Counted from the stretch's first letter, positions 1-14,575 are shown. The stretch is DNA of 64,000 nt from Lingula anatina (GCA_051362555.1 CM120643.1:24370848-24434847); one strand, 5' to 3'. Translations and numbers: made by a program. The notes: generated by a model from the sequence alone, not told the origin.

Positions 1-3000
1 GCCACTATGTGTATTGCCTGCTGCCTGTTATATTGTGGTGGGAAGTCATAAGAAGGTAGTCAGCTGACAGTCATGTGACTAGAAACCTTAAATGGACAAT
101 ATATTGGATTTTTGACACCAGAATAATTTGAATAAAATTTTCCTTCATCAATACCAAAGTTACTGTTATACAGAAAACTTATTTATTTGGCTCATTGGGG
201 TATCCAGTGTCATTAAGCCAAATATCTGTCTGGAAGTATTATACATGTAAATTTTATGACAGACCTTTAGTGCGTCAGCACAAACTGTTTTAATAGAAAT
301 ACGGGCACATTAATAAGCCACTGAAAAGTTCATGTTGGTTCTCAGTGGGTGTTATCTAGTAGAATATTGTACATTGTTTTACTCTAAGATCCAGTTGAAT
401 TATTTCAATACTTTGATTTATTGTTCTGCAATTACTATGTTTACCTCCACTAAAACATGATTAACAAAATATGTTAATGCAGCTTTAGAATTATCAGGGC
501 GTATAGTTTTGAAAAGAGGATATATCTTGTAATTTTAGAAATATTTCATTATAAATTATCATGATTATTATAGTGTTAGGTGAGACACAACTAGTATTTC
601 ACTAATTTAAAACATTTCTCCTGCAGGAATACAATATTGGAAGATGCTTGGAAGAATGGCATTAAAAACAATGCCTTAACAGTGCTGCTTATTCTGGGTA
701 TAGGAAGTGGCGGCCTGGAGATCATTGTGAGTGTTGGACTTAAGATGAATATACAGTTAATAATGCCTAGTTTGCTTTTGAAATTGATATTTAAATACAC
801 ATTCCCTTTATATTGAAAAACATGATTCATGTTCCAGTCTAGGATAGTAAATTTCTGTTGCTTTTAACTACTGTAACAGCTTTCTTATATTATTACTATT
901 GTGATTATAATGCTGTATGCAGAAGTATACAATTATGGCAATTTTAATTTACAATTTTCATCATATTGAAAAAAAATCAGGTTTTTTTAGTACCATTCCA
1001 TGAGAAATTTATTGCTAGCTTAAGTGTTATTTTTTATTATTCCTCAGGTAATGGGATTCTTTCGACGTGAGCTGCTCTCAGTGGGGTTTATATCAATGGC
1101 AGTGTGGCCATGGCTTTCTTCTACTTCCAAAGCACACAGAGTAAGATGGAGTGAATCTTTAAAAATATTTTGATAATTGTCTGCTCACATCATTTACAAA
1201 TTTCATACTGTGGTCATTTTTGCTTCCTTAGCATAGATTTATGGCCAAGAAATTCATTTTGAATATTTGCATGATGATTTTTCAATTTTTATGTAACAGT
1301 TGAAACAATAATTTCCATGATAGTTATCCTAGGCTATGAGAATAAAAAATGTCACTAAATTTGCAGTTTAACTCTAAACAGCTACCGGTAAAATCCGTAC
1401 TAAGTAGTCTTATAAATTAGCATCATATTCTTGTTTTAAAATTCCACTCATAGCATGTAGGCTCAAATATTATTGCTCTCACTCTAGCAGTTAGGCAGTT
1501 CCTTCTGGAGATTGAGTTCTGTGCTTTATGATGTTTATTTACAGTTATGATCTTTATGATTGTTTTATTGTATCTGTGTCTGTTTTCCAGAAGACTGTAA
1601 TAGCTTGGAGTATATCATGTGTTTTAGTGGCTATATTTCCCATGATGCCTGTGGTAGGCAATGGTGCTAACTATTCCCTAGTGTAAGTATATTTGTGGCC
1701 TGGAGATTATAGAATATATTGTATCCAAATAATAGTAATTTGGTGATTGAAAGGTAAATTTTGTTTAAAAGGTTATTGGATGAATATTAAACTATGTCGT
1801 TTGCATGAGATTTTATTTGATAGCCGGTAATGTTAGAATTAAGTTAGTCTTTGCGGCTTCCCCATTCATTTAACGAAGAGGGACTGTATGTCAGAAAGCT
1901 GAAACCAGTCATAATATGATGTAGTTTACAGCAAACAAACAGAAAGCACCAGACCCTCCATAATAATTGTTCACACCATGATAACTCTAAAAAATTAAGC
2001 TTATTCACTTTTCTCTATGAAATGTTATTCAAAGTCTTTCTCTCTTCCACAGCACTTTAGCAGGTGTTCTGGCCATGGCGTGTGCTGTTATGTGTCTATG
2101 GGGGTAAGTGGTTTTCTTATGTGTAGACATATTTTTTTAATAAATTGAAAAATATGTGTAGACATATTTTTCAATTTATTTATTTATTTTCATGTGTGTC
2201 TGTGGCTTTAGCACTGATGAGGTAAACAAGAATAAGGAGTTCAGAATTTTTTTCTGTCATCAGATTATAAGAATTCTAAGTTCAAAAGTTCAACCATCTT
2301 CAGCAATTTCAGTGACAATTAATTTAGATAAGGCATGAAAAATTAATGACACTTTATGATAATTTACCTGTACAGGGCTATCAGTTTTACAATTATGCAC
2401 TAAAGGCCTACATGAGTTGTTACCAAGAAGGAAATACATTAACAGAATGAGAAGCAATTATGATCATCATTGAAAATGTGTCAAATGTTCACTTTACCTG
2501 TTTCTGGTAATCAAAAATATTCTGACATGTGATTGAATTTGTTTCTTAGCCTGAAATCTCCAGGGATGGAAATTACTTCCCAAGGAAGGCACATCAATTT
2601 GGGAATCCTACCTTACATACAGGTATGAAAAATAAAGAATATAAATAAATGAGCAGTAACTGTTAATATGCACAGTGTTAATTTCAATTCAAGAACTTGA
2701 ACCAAGATGGATTGGTAACAAATATTTTATGAATGAAAAATTCAAAAATTATATTTATATTTGTTTTATTTCTTTGCTTTAGCATAAAACACTGTCTTTG
2801 TTTGGTGTTTGGTGTTATAATTTCTTTAAAATATGTGTACTTTTTTGCTTTGTTCATGTTAGGAAATCTAAGTCAAATCATTTGTGCATAAAGGGTACTT
2901 GTGTATCAATTAAAATTCAATAAAGTGATTGTGTCTTGTATCTTTCAGATGGGGGTTATCTGTGCATCCGTCTTCATAGTCACCACCACAGCGTGGAGTA

Positions 3001-3400
3001 TCAGCAACAAGGAGGGGCTGCCACTGGTCAATCAACTGGGTAGTTGGACAATATTAGGTAAGACTATTTTAAGTGGACTAAATGATTGATTTGGTGCTTC
3101 TGTGTATTAAAAACTGTTACAGTAATTATCTGCATTTTTCTTAGCTGTGTGACAAATTATGTTGAACTGGGGCATGCATATTTGACATTCTCTGTTTAAT
3201 TTTTAGTGTACTTTTTACAGTTTTTCAAAATTTTGTTACAGAGAAAATAGTTTTAAGTTTTATTGATAAAAAAAACTTATTTAAAGATAAAATTTTCATC
3301 TGAAATTGATCAAATTGACATATAATATTACAAACAACAGCATTTTGATGCAAAGTCCAGTAATAAAAAGCAAGTTTTTGTTGGGAGGAAGGATGTTTAT

Positions 3401-3447
<47 letters not shown>

Positions 3448-6400
3448 ATTGCTCCATAATTCTAGATATCTGCCTTCCAGGGTTGTCCATTATTCTTCCT
3501 CTGTTCAGTGCCACACAGTTGTATCACAGGTTGTACAGTATAGCCATGGCCTTGTTTGCACCATACCTCTTAATGAGCACAGCGTATCCTTGACAGTTTT
3601 TATTATTTAAAGCAATTTCTTTTTATTAACTTTTCCTTTTCTTTTCGTCTACCATTTATATTCTATATTAATATTGCACTGAACATAATTTGATTTTAGA
3701 CTTAAAATAATATTTAAATGATAACAATAATTATTATTATTATTATTATTATCAACTATTGTACCAACACTTGGCGCAGGCAGAGGCAGGTGATTGTGAT
3801 TGAGGCGTGTTAAGGTGTGTTTGAAATAGTGTTCGGGGTGTGCATTATAACTTGATGGAGTTTTGCTGGTTATCTACTAGTGGAATGTTTGCACCCTGAG
3901 ATTCAGATGTGTTTCAAGTGTCCTCTGAAACTTGGTTTATGTTGATAAATGATGAATATTTAGTTTCAGAAGTTTAAGAAAATTGTTGAATCTTTTAATG
4001 GATATTTGCTGTATGGAACATTGTCAAAGCTGGTGAGATTTTCTTACAGATAGTAGACACCTGTGAGATCAGATGCTGTTTGAATTTTTCATGGTCTGAC
4101 AATTCACTTGTATTCATTGTAACACAAACATGTACATGATAGCTTAAATTGATAACAACTGTTCGATTTGGCTAAAAAATGGATTTCCTGGGGTAAATAA
4201 CAATTTTCCCATTATACTTACCAATGGTTAATGGATCCTTTCTGACATTCAAAATGAGACCATGTTCTCTTTTTATTTACAAAAAAGTTGTTTTTTTTTA
4301 AATAATAATCTCCAAGAGATTTTTATAGAGTATAGCCATCCATGGAGGTCACGTGCTTCAATGACAAGCACAGATTCCAGAATAATTGCGCAATTTTGTT
4401 GGTAAAGGAGAAAATACTATAATTCTGTGAGCTGTTAACAATCTTTTTATTGTTAATATGAATCTTTTATGAAATATTGTCATACCTTTAAACCAATGGC
4501 ACATCTAGAGAAATATTGGCTAATTGCTTGTAAATCAAGGAGACAAAAAGAAAAGACTGCGCTTCCCTTTTTAAATAAGGTGGAGCTGCCAGGTGTCATT
4601 TAATTTCTTGATTTATTTTAGCTGTCAGTGCCATAAAGGTATGGCAGCATACTGCACTCCCTGTATGTGCCAAAAACTGTGCGGTGGCATTGATTGCTGC
4701 CTCCACAGACTATATTCTGAAACAAGTAACCCCATCACTAATGTGGAGTTGTTCATTCAATTAATGAAAATCTTAGATTAAAGGAAAGCCACCTGCTTGA
4801 ACAGTATGAGAAAAGCCTTCAGTAATAATTTGACCTTTTCCTTCAATCTGAGAATAATTGGTGATTTACACCAAGGTACTGGTGGTGAAGTTTCCAACTC
4901 ATGGTTAATACAATTTTGAAAAGGGTTCACTTAAGGTACTGTAAGACTAGCGCATTTCTAATCTGTTGGTATTGGCAAGGTACACATACTTATTAACTCA
5001 GTAGAATTATTAGTGAAAACAGGATTTTTTTCCTTGACCATGCACACAGCCATGAAGGCATGTTTTGTCTGGCTCTGTGTTCGCTGTTGTTTTCCTGGCT
5101 GCAGATGGAGTATAAATTGGCTCAGACAGAAAAGGTAATATTAGGACACAGATAAGAAAAGAAAAAATAAATGACTAAGTAAAATAAATAAAAAGTTTAA
5201 TGAAAAGCAGGTGTTTATAAATAGAAGTTAGTGAACTTGTACTAAATGGCATATAGCTCTGACTTTGATGTGCAGTAAAATATTAATAAATTATTTAATT
5301 GCTTTTAGTGACCACATTCATGCAGGAGAAATGAGTCATAAAGTTAACCCTTATTTTTGTAATATACAACAGATCTATATTAAAATCAAATATTTGCCCA
5401 TGTGATTGTAATTTGTTTAGCTCATCATCACATTCATTTTGGCTATTTCAGAGCATCAGTGATGGTCACAAGCAGCTGGTCAGAGCTCTGGACAAAGTGG
5501 ACTTCAGCCAGATGGACACTGTAGAGAGACACCTGATTCAGGCGGACCTTAGATGTGCCTACTTCTTTGTATCCTTCATGATACAGAAATCCATTTGCAC
5601 ACAGATTTCTGACTCGGAGTTTGATGAAAATCATAGATTAAAGGAATGCTCACTTATTACTTGACAGTTTGAAATATCTTTAGGGACTTGAACTGAATGA
5701 AACTTTGAAAGATAGCAGCTTACTTAAATCTATGGAGAAAATATTTTAATAGCCAGAAAATATAGTTCATGTCGTAGGCTGCCTGCCTTTATGCCCTTCC
5801 CACATATTTTCTTCTTATTATATTATCTGTATGCCTGCAGAAGAAATATTATCTGGCACAACTGGGAACTTTAACTTAATTGAACTTTTGTGCCATGGTA
5901 CATGTATTTTTAGTCATACCTGGAAGCAAGGTACTATTGAAAAGGCCCAGTATTTGGTCTGTACATCTGCTCATGCCTCCAAAATTGGGAAAAGGGAGAA
6001 CTTGGGGATGGAGTGAGGCTGTCACCTTCTTTGAAACAGGGGATTTAATTATTACATGTACTTCATGATAAATCTAATTACCCTTGGTTCACCTTTGTTT
6101 ACTGTACAATATTCTCCTGTATTGTGTCCCAATATGGTATCCTAATTAATATATTCCTTGACTTAGAGCTCCAGGTTTTTCTGATCATCTCAGCCTTCTT
6201 TGGCACTGGTAATATAGCCAGCATTAACAGCTTTGACCCAGCCTCCGTCTACTGCTTCCTGACTGTGTTCAGTCCTTTTGTCATGGGAGCTCTCATGCTG
6301 TGGAAGGTAAGAAAGTCATGGGGAAGGTGAAGTAGTACTTGACATTTGCTCAAGAGTGTGTTGATTGTAGTCTAACAAATGGCACAAAGTACCAAGCAAA

Positions 6401-6485
6401 TTTTTTTATTGTGACCAATAAGTGTTTCCTTTCAAGTCATGACTTTATTAATATAAAATTTCCAAACTTCACACCCTCAAGTAAA

Positions 6486-6543
<58 letters not shown>

Positions 6544-7381
6544 GTTGTTGTTATTATCATCCAGAACCTGATTCCGTTCCTCCTTGTGACGTGTACCTTC
6601 CATGCTATCCACCTGAGCCTGCAGGTGCCCACCAAGAGTCTGTTTCTTGTGGTACTGCTCATGTCAGACTTTATGGGTTTGGTTAGTGGCACTTCCTCAT
6701 TCTTAGAGTGTGGCTTTTTAATGTTATGACAACAATAACAGCACTAACATTGTTGCTGGTATTGATTGATTGATTTTTTTTTGTTTTATTTTTTTATTTA
6801 TTTTTTTTGTTTGTTTGTTTGTTTATAAGCTTACAATTTTTGAAAGATGACTTAAAAGATAATTGTATATCACCTAAGTTTTTATGCTGGTTTATTCTCA
6901 GTGCAGCTCATTAATGGGTTATTTCACCATTGCCAATTGTGTACTGGTATCATTAAAAAAAATACCTGCTCAATCTTTTGAACGTAGTGCTTGTGCATTC
7001 ATAGACATAATAAAGTGCTTCGTATTGATTATGTTGTCTCCAATATTGTGTCATTAACACTTTTATTTTATTTTTACTTATTTATTTGTTTATTTATGTA
7101 TTTATTTATTTATTTATTTTTTAATCTTTATCTTGGGTTTTGGATTGCACGTGCAAAAGCATTGAATTGTTTGCGTCTTTCATTGAGGTTGGTTTTGCTT
7201 TCTGTTTCAGCAATTCTTTTTCATGGTCCAGGATCATGGCAGCTGGCTGGAGATAGGAACCAGTATTAGCCACTACGTGGTAGTCATGTGCTCCATCATA
7301 TTCCTTATAATGTTCTTGGGACTAGCCACCATTTTGACTTCATGGAGAATTGGTCCTAAACAGACTGGGAAGAATCTCTGA
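1..7381 (+). CDS. PIGN: GPI ethanolamine phosphate transferase 1, 3' part (5' end outside window); 13 coding exons
   Basis: Exons joined by hand in frame with GT-AG ends: <1-55, 627-726, 1048-1140, 1591-1682, 2053-2103, 2550-2622, 2949-3057, 3481-3583, 5050-5134, 5452-5568, 6175-6306, 6565-6681, 7211-7381 (TGA 7379-7381). Translation has PIGN hallmarks: [79 protein letters not shown]. Confidence 0.96.
3403..3445. repeat. (CA)n microsatellite
   Basis: Direct reading. Confidence 0.95.
3584..5049 (+). other. U12-type (minor spliceosome) GT-AG intron in PIGN
   Basis: 5' splice site GTATCCTTG at 3584; branch site TTCCTTGAC at 5030-5038, ~10 nt before the AG at 5048-5049; no polypyrimidine tract; frame preserved. 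Confidence 0.92.
4144..4491. mobile_element. Degenerate copy of the ~337-bp TTAA MITE family, in a PIGN intron
   Basis: Shares blocks with 21932-22268 (CAATTTTCCCA..TACTTACCAATGGTTAATG, ACATTCAAAAT, AGAGTATAGCC..ATGGAGGTCACGTG). Ends are decayed and approximate. Confidence 0.65.
5569..6174 (+). other. U12-type (minor spliceosome) GT-AG intron in PIGN
   Basis: 5' splice site GTATCCTTC at 5569; branch site TTCCTTGAC at 6154-6162; AG at 6173-6174; frame preserved (AYFF|VFLII). Confidence 0.92.
6488..6557. repeat. (TTA)n microsatellite directly before a PIGN 3' splice site
   Basis: Direct reading; acceptor AG at 6563-6564. Confidence 0.9.
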
Positions 7382-9704
7382 AAGTGTCAAGTTTTGTTTT
7401 GATTGTCATTCCAAAGAAGGTAATGGCTTCCAATCCATGGTACTTTAAATTGAAATTATTATTCAAGAATCCATGACTTTTCACCAGATTGACTTCATAC
7501 AGTACTGGGCCCAGTAGTTGAAAGGTTTATAGTTTGTTTTTTTTAATTTACCCAGAGAGAGCTTCACGCATTGGTAAACCACAGTTGTGCAGCTATAACT
7601 GATGTACACCTTCATAACTATGTGTCAGTTTTTCTCTCCAGAAGGGATCATACAGACATTTTATAGTTCTTCTGGTCTTAGCAGCCATAATAATAATAAT
7701 AATAATAATAATATTATAGAGAGCATGAGTCATGAGTCATGAGTGTGATAATGACTGGGTTTTTGTTTATTTATTTTTTTTTGTTTGGTTGTTTTTAGAG
7801 ACTGTTTCTGTGACCAAACAGACAATCTAATGATTTTAAAATTGTTATGACAAATGCTCTGAAGGTTGAAATATATCTTGTTTTAAGTGTGATATTAATA
7901 GAGAGAGCCTTTTTTATTTTTTTGAAACATTATTACTGCAGTCAAGTAAAGTGTGATTGAGTAATCATGGAAATAAATACCAGAAGTAGTGGAAGAAATG
8001 TGTATCTGTCTTCAAAGTATATAGATCAAGATCTTAGTGCATAGTGAAAGTTAACATTTTTTTTTCTAATTATTTTAGGTTAATTTATTTTCATAAGTTC
8101 TTACTACAAAACTGTTTGGTTTTGTTAAGAGTTTGACAGTGGAATACCTCATCAAGTGACAGTTAGATTATGATCCATTTGTAAAGGAAAAAATGAAAGA
8201 ATGATGTATTGTCCTATATTGGTACTTATTTTTGTAGAGTTAGTGACAAGCCAAGACTGAAGTTCTGAGATTTTTAGAAATTTAAAATGGAACAATCCTC
8301 TCTTATGATTTATTTATTTTACAGATTTTGTTGTAGATTTAAGTCAGTTTTTTTTTCATTTGTATGTGTTTATCTAATCAGATTTTATTTGATCTCATTG
8401 CAATGATAGTCTTATCTAGAACAGAACATTTGGTAATCAGTATCCAAATAAAGGTTACTTCTTGATATTATTGTTGTTAAACATTTCCAAACATAACACA
8501 GACACAAAATACTGCTTGTGATAGAACCTTTATGAAATTGTGGTTATCTTTGAACATGTTTATTTCCTAACAGGAGTATTGCTATCATCTAAGGCATACA
8601 ACAAGCTTAATTTCAATAAATTAACTAGAGATATTATATAAATCATAAAATACCATTGTGCTTTACATGTGCTCTATGAATAAATAACAATATATGGTCC
8701 TCTAATAAGTTATTTGATGTAACATAACTTCAGTATTTACACTAAACATCAAAGCAACTTTTAGTTTTTTAACTTTTACAGTAACAAGGTCAAACTATAG
8801 ACACCATATTCCAGTATCTGAGCCAATAATGATTGTGTTCATAATGTCCACATAAACTTCGTAAATGCAAATAGATACTTACACCTTTAACAATACTAAA
8901 ATGTCTTCAAAAATATATGATGATATAATATAATGATATAACAGTAAATAAAAACTATAACTGTGTACAATGAGAAGTTAAATGTGAGGTGTCAGACAGC
9001 AGTTAAGTGTCTCAAATATGATGATATTATCTAAAATCTTAAATAAAATTCCCAATGGAACAAAGATAGTTTAGTGTACAGTGAAGTAGAAAAGAGTATC
9101 TTGCTTTCCAAAAAAAAAAAAGCATGAATAAAATGAGGATCAATATTTTTGGAAAATAAAAGAGTTTTCAGAGAGTTATCAGCAACAAACCCAGTTGAGT
9201 GGGGAAAAAGAAACATCAAGGCTCTGCTGGGCTTTTGGATATAACATTATCTCTGAGTAAAAATAAAGCACTTCTGTGATGATAGTTTGCAAGCACCTTG
9301 CAGTAGAGATTCACAATTTTAAGATAATGTGTGAATAAGTTGCTGCTTATAGTAGTTTGCTAGTAATTTAAGTACTACAGTCTTAATTCAGCTCCCCCTT
9401 CTCCAACACACACACGCGCATGCATTCACACACACACACACACACTTTGATTAAACATATTCTGGTGCGTCATATTTCTTTTGTGCATACTTTTTGATAT
9501 CAAATCTATAAATTTTTACTGCCATTCTTAAACGAATGTTCATTTATATATCATTATTTATGATTGATAATGATTAAAAATTACAACTTTAAGTATTTTA
9601 TTTCTAAATGCACATCCAAACAGTTTAATGACTCAGTGAAGTATTTTGTACAATATATATCTGTACAAATTCACCTTTACTTGTAGAATTGTTTTTGCAA
9701 AAAA

Positions 9705-9736
<32 letters not shown>

Positions 9737-10322
9737 TTAATTAATTAGAAAGGTTGCAGTCTGTCTAGTTCAATTTGTATGCCAAGAAACAAATGCTGAT
9801 AATAATTATGGTTAAATACTTTTTATACATAATACATGTTGCTTGTACCACAAAATCAATTTAAAAACGACAACATAAAATATATAACAATCAAATGTCT
9901 CTTCAGCCCCCCAAAAAGGCAAATAAGTTTTTTTTATCTACATCTGCCTCAATTTGGTATTCTTATTTGTCCTGTGTTCATAATATAAACTTCATGAACT
10001 GTGAATTCAGACAGTTACATCTGGTGCATCTTATCGATAATAACTAGATCTTTCCAATGGGAGAATTTATAGATACTGTACTTTTATGGCATAATTCCTT
10101 AAAATTTAAACATTTCTATAGAGTGGTAGCAATAAAATTAAAAAGCAGGCTACTCTATACCTCTGTTATATGCAGTAAAAAGACATGCTATACAGAAATA
10201 TAATTTCTGTGATTATTAAATTATGTATCTGAAAGTTTGGTCGTTTTTCCCACTGAAAAGATATGAAACCTTAAACTTCGGGATCACTTTCTCTTTTGCA
10301 ATTGCATCGATCAGCAGTGAGA

Positions 10323-13300
10323 TCAACTTTCCCCCTTGTTTTCACTCCCTCGTTTCAGTTTTGCATCTAGCACAGTGTAACTAATCATCCCAGCCACTAG
10401 CATTCCAAGGTAGATGTAGGTCTTGACAGCCATACATATATAGGGCGCAAAACCAAAGGAAAGTGCTATAGCAAAACCCTGGAAAAACTTCATACTGGCA
10501 TACGCTGGTTCTTTGTTGTTGCTGAACAGAGTTCCAACCAAACCTAGAAAAGAACAGAAGTATAAGTTATATTGTAAAGAAATGTGCTGATAATATATTA
10601 AGATATTGTAGATTATATGTATCTTTGGGTTTTTAGAGGTACATATGAACCGAGCATCGGTGGAGCATGAATTCCCAGTAACACATATAAACCACCGATG
10701 CTCGGTTCATATGTACCTTTAAAAACTTTCAACATGCCAAGGGATAAACTGAATAAATCACTCGATCATCCATCAAAGAGCTTTAGACTGATCCTTTCTT
10801 TAAATTTTTGGTCAGAAATTTAACCTACTTTCGTGACCCACTGTTCTGCCCTATTGATATACAGCATAGAATGCTACCAGAAAAATCAATTCAAATATCA
10901 TTTTTCGGGTAAAATTAAACAATGCCTTTTGGCAATTCTCTTAGTTATACCAAGGAGTTATAACAGATCTGTTAGAACTCCTTGGTTATACTACTTGAAA
11001 CTATATGATGGCAATTGGTTGGCTTTTGTGGCAAAAAATTGACTTCATATGCATCTTTAATCAAAAAGTTATTTTTACCAGCTATTAGCATACATTATAC
11101 AGCGCAGCCTCAGCGTGTAAACTGTTCAGATGCCTGTAAGGCATCTGCAAGGCATCTGCAGATTTATAAAATAAATTGAGGCTTTTAACGCTTACAAAGT
11201 TATTCCTGTCAATGTATTAATTAACCTATTTCAAACTCATCACAGTTGAATGATGAATGGAGAAAAATCCAATTTTCAGAGTGCGTGTTACCCGCAAGCA
11301 AGACAGACTTAAGTTTAAGCATGATTTATAAATCAATAGCAGATTGAGACAATTGTCCTACCTATATTTTATTTTAAATTAAGCTTTGGAGACTAAAAAA
11401 GGCATAAAATTGTCTTGTAGCAAATGTGTGTGGCACTCCCGTGGCATTGCATGTAATGTCACCTTGCCAATGAAAGTCAGATAATCTTTTTTAATAAATA
11501 AATTAAGATTATGAATGCTGGACGAAAATAAGATATTGATCATTTAATTAATGCTGTTCCTTAATTATTGCGTTATTAAAATTGAAAGGAATCTACGTCA
11601 CTTACTGCTCAGTTGGGTCGCCCATATCCCGTCAGCCACTCCCCACAAGCCAGTTATAACAAACAGCACTGCCTGTTGTTCTGGGATCGGCTGCCATGTT
11701 GCCAGAACCACACCAAGACACAAGTCAATCAAAGATGCTGTAATCACAAATGAAGTTTTAGAAAACACTCAACTGTTGTGAAGAGGTGGATTTTTAAATT
11801 TTTTATGGAATACAAAGTAAGAAAACTGCAAACTTAGGATTTTAGTCTGAAGATTGAAACGTGACTTTCATATTTATTCAGTGAAATGAAATGTATATAA
11901 TTGATTAAATTAAAATGTGTTCAAGATGGTTTAAATATGCATTTAAACAATTATAAGGTAGCATTAGTACTGCTTACCTAGGCAGTAAATCGAACTCTTA
12001 CAACTAAAACATAATTCATTATACAATGCTCCTACCTGTGCCCAACAAAGTGCGTGTGCTGATGTGTTTGGCAAGACGGCCATTGGTGATGGCGCTGGCT
12101 GCATTGCACACGCCAAAGCAGATCATTGTGTAACCAATCATTTCCATCCCCAAAGGACAGGTGATGAATGCCTGAAACGGTGTAAAGATCAGATTTAAAT
12201 GCCAATTTACATGTATATAACACCATGATGATTTTCATAGCTTTATTTCAAAAACTGAGATCTGAAGACAATAACAAAGTGAAACTAATTTCGAACAAAA
12301 TTTCCCTTAATTTGAGGTGACCTCTCCAAACACACACACCAACCTTAATCTTCTAAAGATAATCTCATATTACAGGTGCACCTATAGCTTTATTTTTTTG
12401 CTCTCCCATTTGCTTGGCATGTTAAAAATTGTTATAAAAATGCAAATGACACACGTGCAAACATACCTTAGTGAAATCACCAGCAATGAAAGCAGCCCTA
12501 ATCCCAGTGTAAAACTGTAGAAAGACCAGGAGCTGCTGCCTGTGGTCCTTCACCGTTGACACCAAAGCCTTGAGTTGTTCTCGGGCACTGATGGGCTTAC
12601 GCTGAAATATCTTCCTCAATCGGTCAACAAAGCACACTGTGATGGCCAGGCCGGCCAACACGCAGAAGAGGTAAACTGCTATGAGGATGTAGATAATGTG
12701 TTTAGGCAGTTCCTCCCCTGAATTGTGAGTAAGCTTCATGCTATGGCAGTAGCCCGAGCCACAGAGAGACAAGTGAGAATGGGACAAAGAAGAAAAGTTT
12801 GTGGATGTATTTAAAAGCGAGGGAGACGTGTCTTTAAATGTGCTGTTGAAGAGCATGACGATTGCTGTACTCCTGTTGGTGGACTCATCTGGTATGTAAG
12901 GCGTGCCTGATGCTTTAGGTTCCAAGTTTAAAGATGGTACCTCTGAGAGGTTGGAGTTATTCCCGTAAATGTACTCCAAGTGTTCAGCCATTGATACATA
13001 GTTTGGTGAGTTTAGCACCAAAGAAGCAGTCAAATTCCCAATAATGTTCGACATTTGCCAAATCATGAAAAAGATACCATAAAATTTATTCATGACATCT
13101 GCTGGCCTTTTCTTCATCACTGTAGCATAACTGGATGCAATGCTGGCTATATATGTTCCTTGGGCAATCCACATTGTGGCATTGGCAAACCCCGCCAAGG
13201 CAGAGGCAGGAACCAGCAGAAACGGACTTGGATAAAAATTGGCTGTCACATAACAGGCCTGCAGGGCCATGCCAAGGATGAGAGTGTTCTTAGGCCTTAG

Positions 13301-14575
13301 AATCTGTGTAACTGCAGTTCCTGTAAGAGAAGCCAGCACAAAGACACCATACATAACACTAAGGGACAAGAGGCCAAGGCCACCAGTTGGGTTCAGACTG
13401 CTCTGAAGATTACGAAGAGAAGTAAAAGAAGAAAACACGAACATAAAACTCAAGCTCAAGGCAATCAGGTTCTTCATATACTTCTTGGCTTCGCGTGGAC
13501 GGGGTTTCTCATACATGGCATCGTAGGCAATTTTACGTGCATAGCGCGAGAGGAGTCCCTGCTGACTAGATGTGCTCTGTAGACTGTCATCGTTTGTGTA
13601 ACCATAAACGTTTTCTCCACGGATTCGGAGGTAGGTTCGCGCTGCACGTGCGAGGAGCCCCTGAGTACTGGATGTGCTGTGTAAACTGTCATCGTTGGTG
13701 GAAGACTGATCGTCCTTGGTATCTTTGACCTCCTGACTCTGCCCGATGTCCTGTTGACTCATTATCAACTCAAAGACCTCGTTGGTGCTGTTGAAGGTGA
13801 CGTGTCGTTCTTCGTTGTTAAGTTCAGAAGTGGGAGAGGAGGTGACTGAGACCTCGGGAACTTTTTCCACAGAGAATCTGGATCGGCTACGTGTCAACTC
13901 AAAGGCCACATTTGCAAGGACTTTGTTTGTTGGGGACGAAGGGTGCTTGATGTCCATGCACTTCTGATTGTAGCTTTCATTGTGTAGATCTAAAGCTTCT
14001 AATGTGTTTTGGTCGGTTTTACCAACGTGATCTTGTAGTTCCACCTCTCTTGATTTGGGCAAAGGGCCAAACTCTGGTTTCTTGGTAGTATTCTCTATCG
14101 TATTCACTGGGTTCACAGCAGGAGGCCCATTTGCCAGTTTTCTAGCAGCAGTTACAAGAAGTCCATGGGCACTTGACGCACTTTCCACACTGTCCAGATA
14201 GTCAGAATCATCCAGATTTGGCAGCTTATCATCAGGACTACCAGAAGCCATCGCCTTTTTCGGGCTATTATCTCTGACTTCACTGACATCTTTACAAGTG
14301 GTAGGTTTTGAAGCGACAGGAGAAGATTTCAAATAATCCCCATTCTCTTTTGTTTCAAAAAGACTCACTATACTGGGGCATTTCACCAAAAATCTTGGCA
14401 ACACGTCATGTCCGATTTCTTCTAGGTAGTCTTCAAAACCGCCATGTGCGTCCTCTGCGTCTTCGTCAATGAAGATGATGTCCTCTATATCTGGATCGAA
14501 AGAAGCTGTGCTGTCTGACTGTGGCAGCATCTTCTCTTTGGCGTTCTTACTGGGTATTTTCTTTTTGGCTTCCAT
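10323..14575 (-). CDS. UNC93A: UNC-93-family MFS membrane protein (UNC93A-like; exact orthology not established), ~865 aa, with a ~365-aa disordered N-terminal extension
   Basis: Coding exons 14575-12467, 12171-12036, 11737-11606, 10543-10323 join in frame with GT-AG ends. Motifs: KNLIALSLSFMFVFSSFTSLRNLQSSLN, ANFYPS, MWIAQGTY, GNLTASLVL, CGSGYC, FIAGDFTKAFITCPLG, GLWGVADGIW, KEPAYA. An in-frame stop 9 nt upstream of the ATG and an acceptor at 14588-14589 imply an upstream non-coding exon. Confidence 0.9.
10637..10718. mobile_element. 82-bp hairpin mini-MITE (Kolobok-like ends) in an intron of the UNC-93-like gene
   Basis: Perfect 27-bp TIR AGGTACATATGAACCGAGCATCGGTGG (10637-10663 and 10692-10718); flanks TTAG (left) and TTAA (right). 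Confidence 0.7.

Noticed and set aside
3296-6692. ORFs with poly-VC, poly-HT, poly-Y and poly-I runs
   Set aside because: Microsatellite read-through; only the spliced PIGN exon parts are coding.
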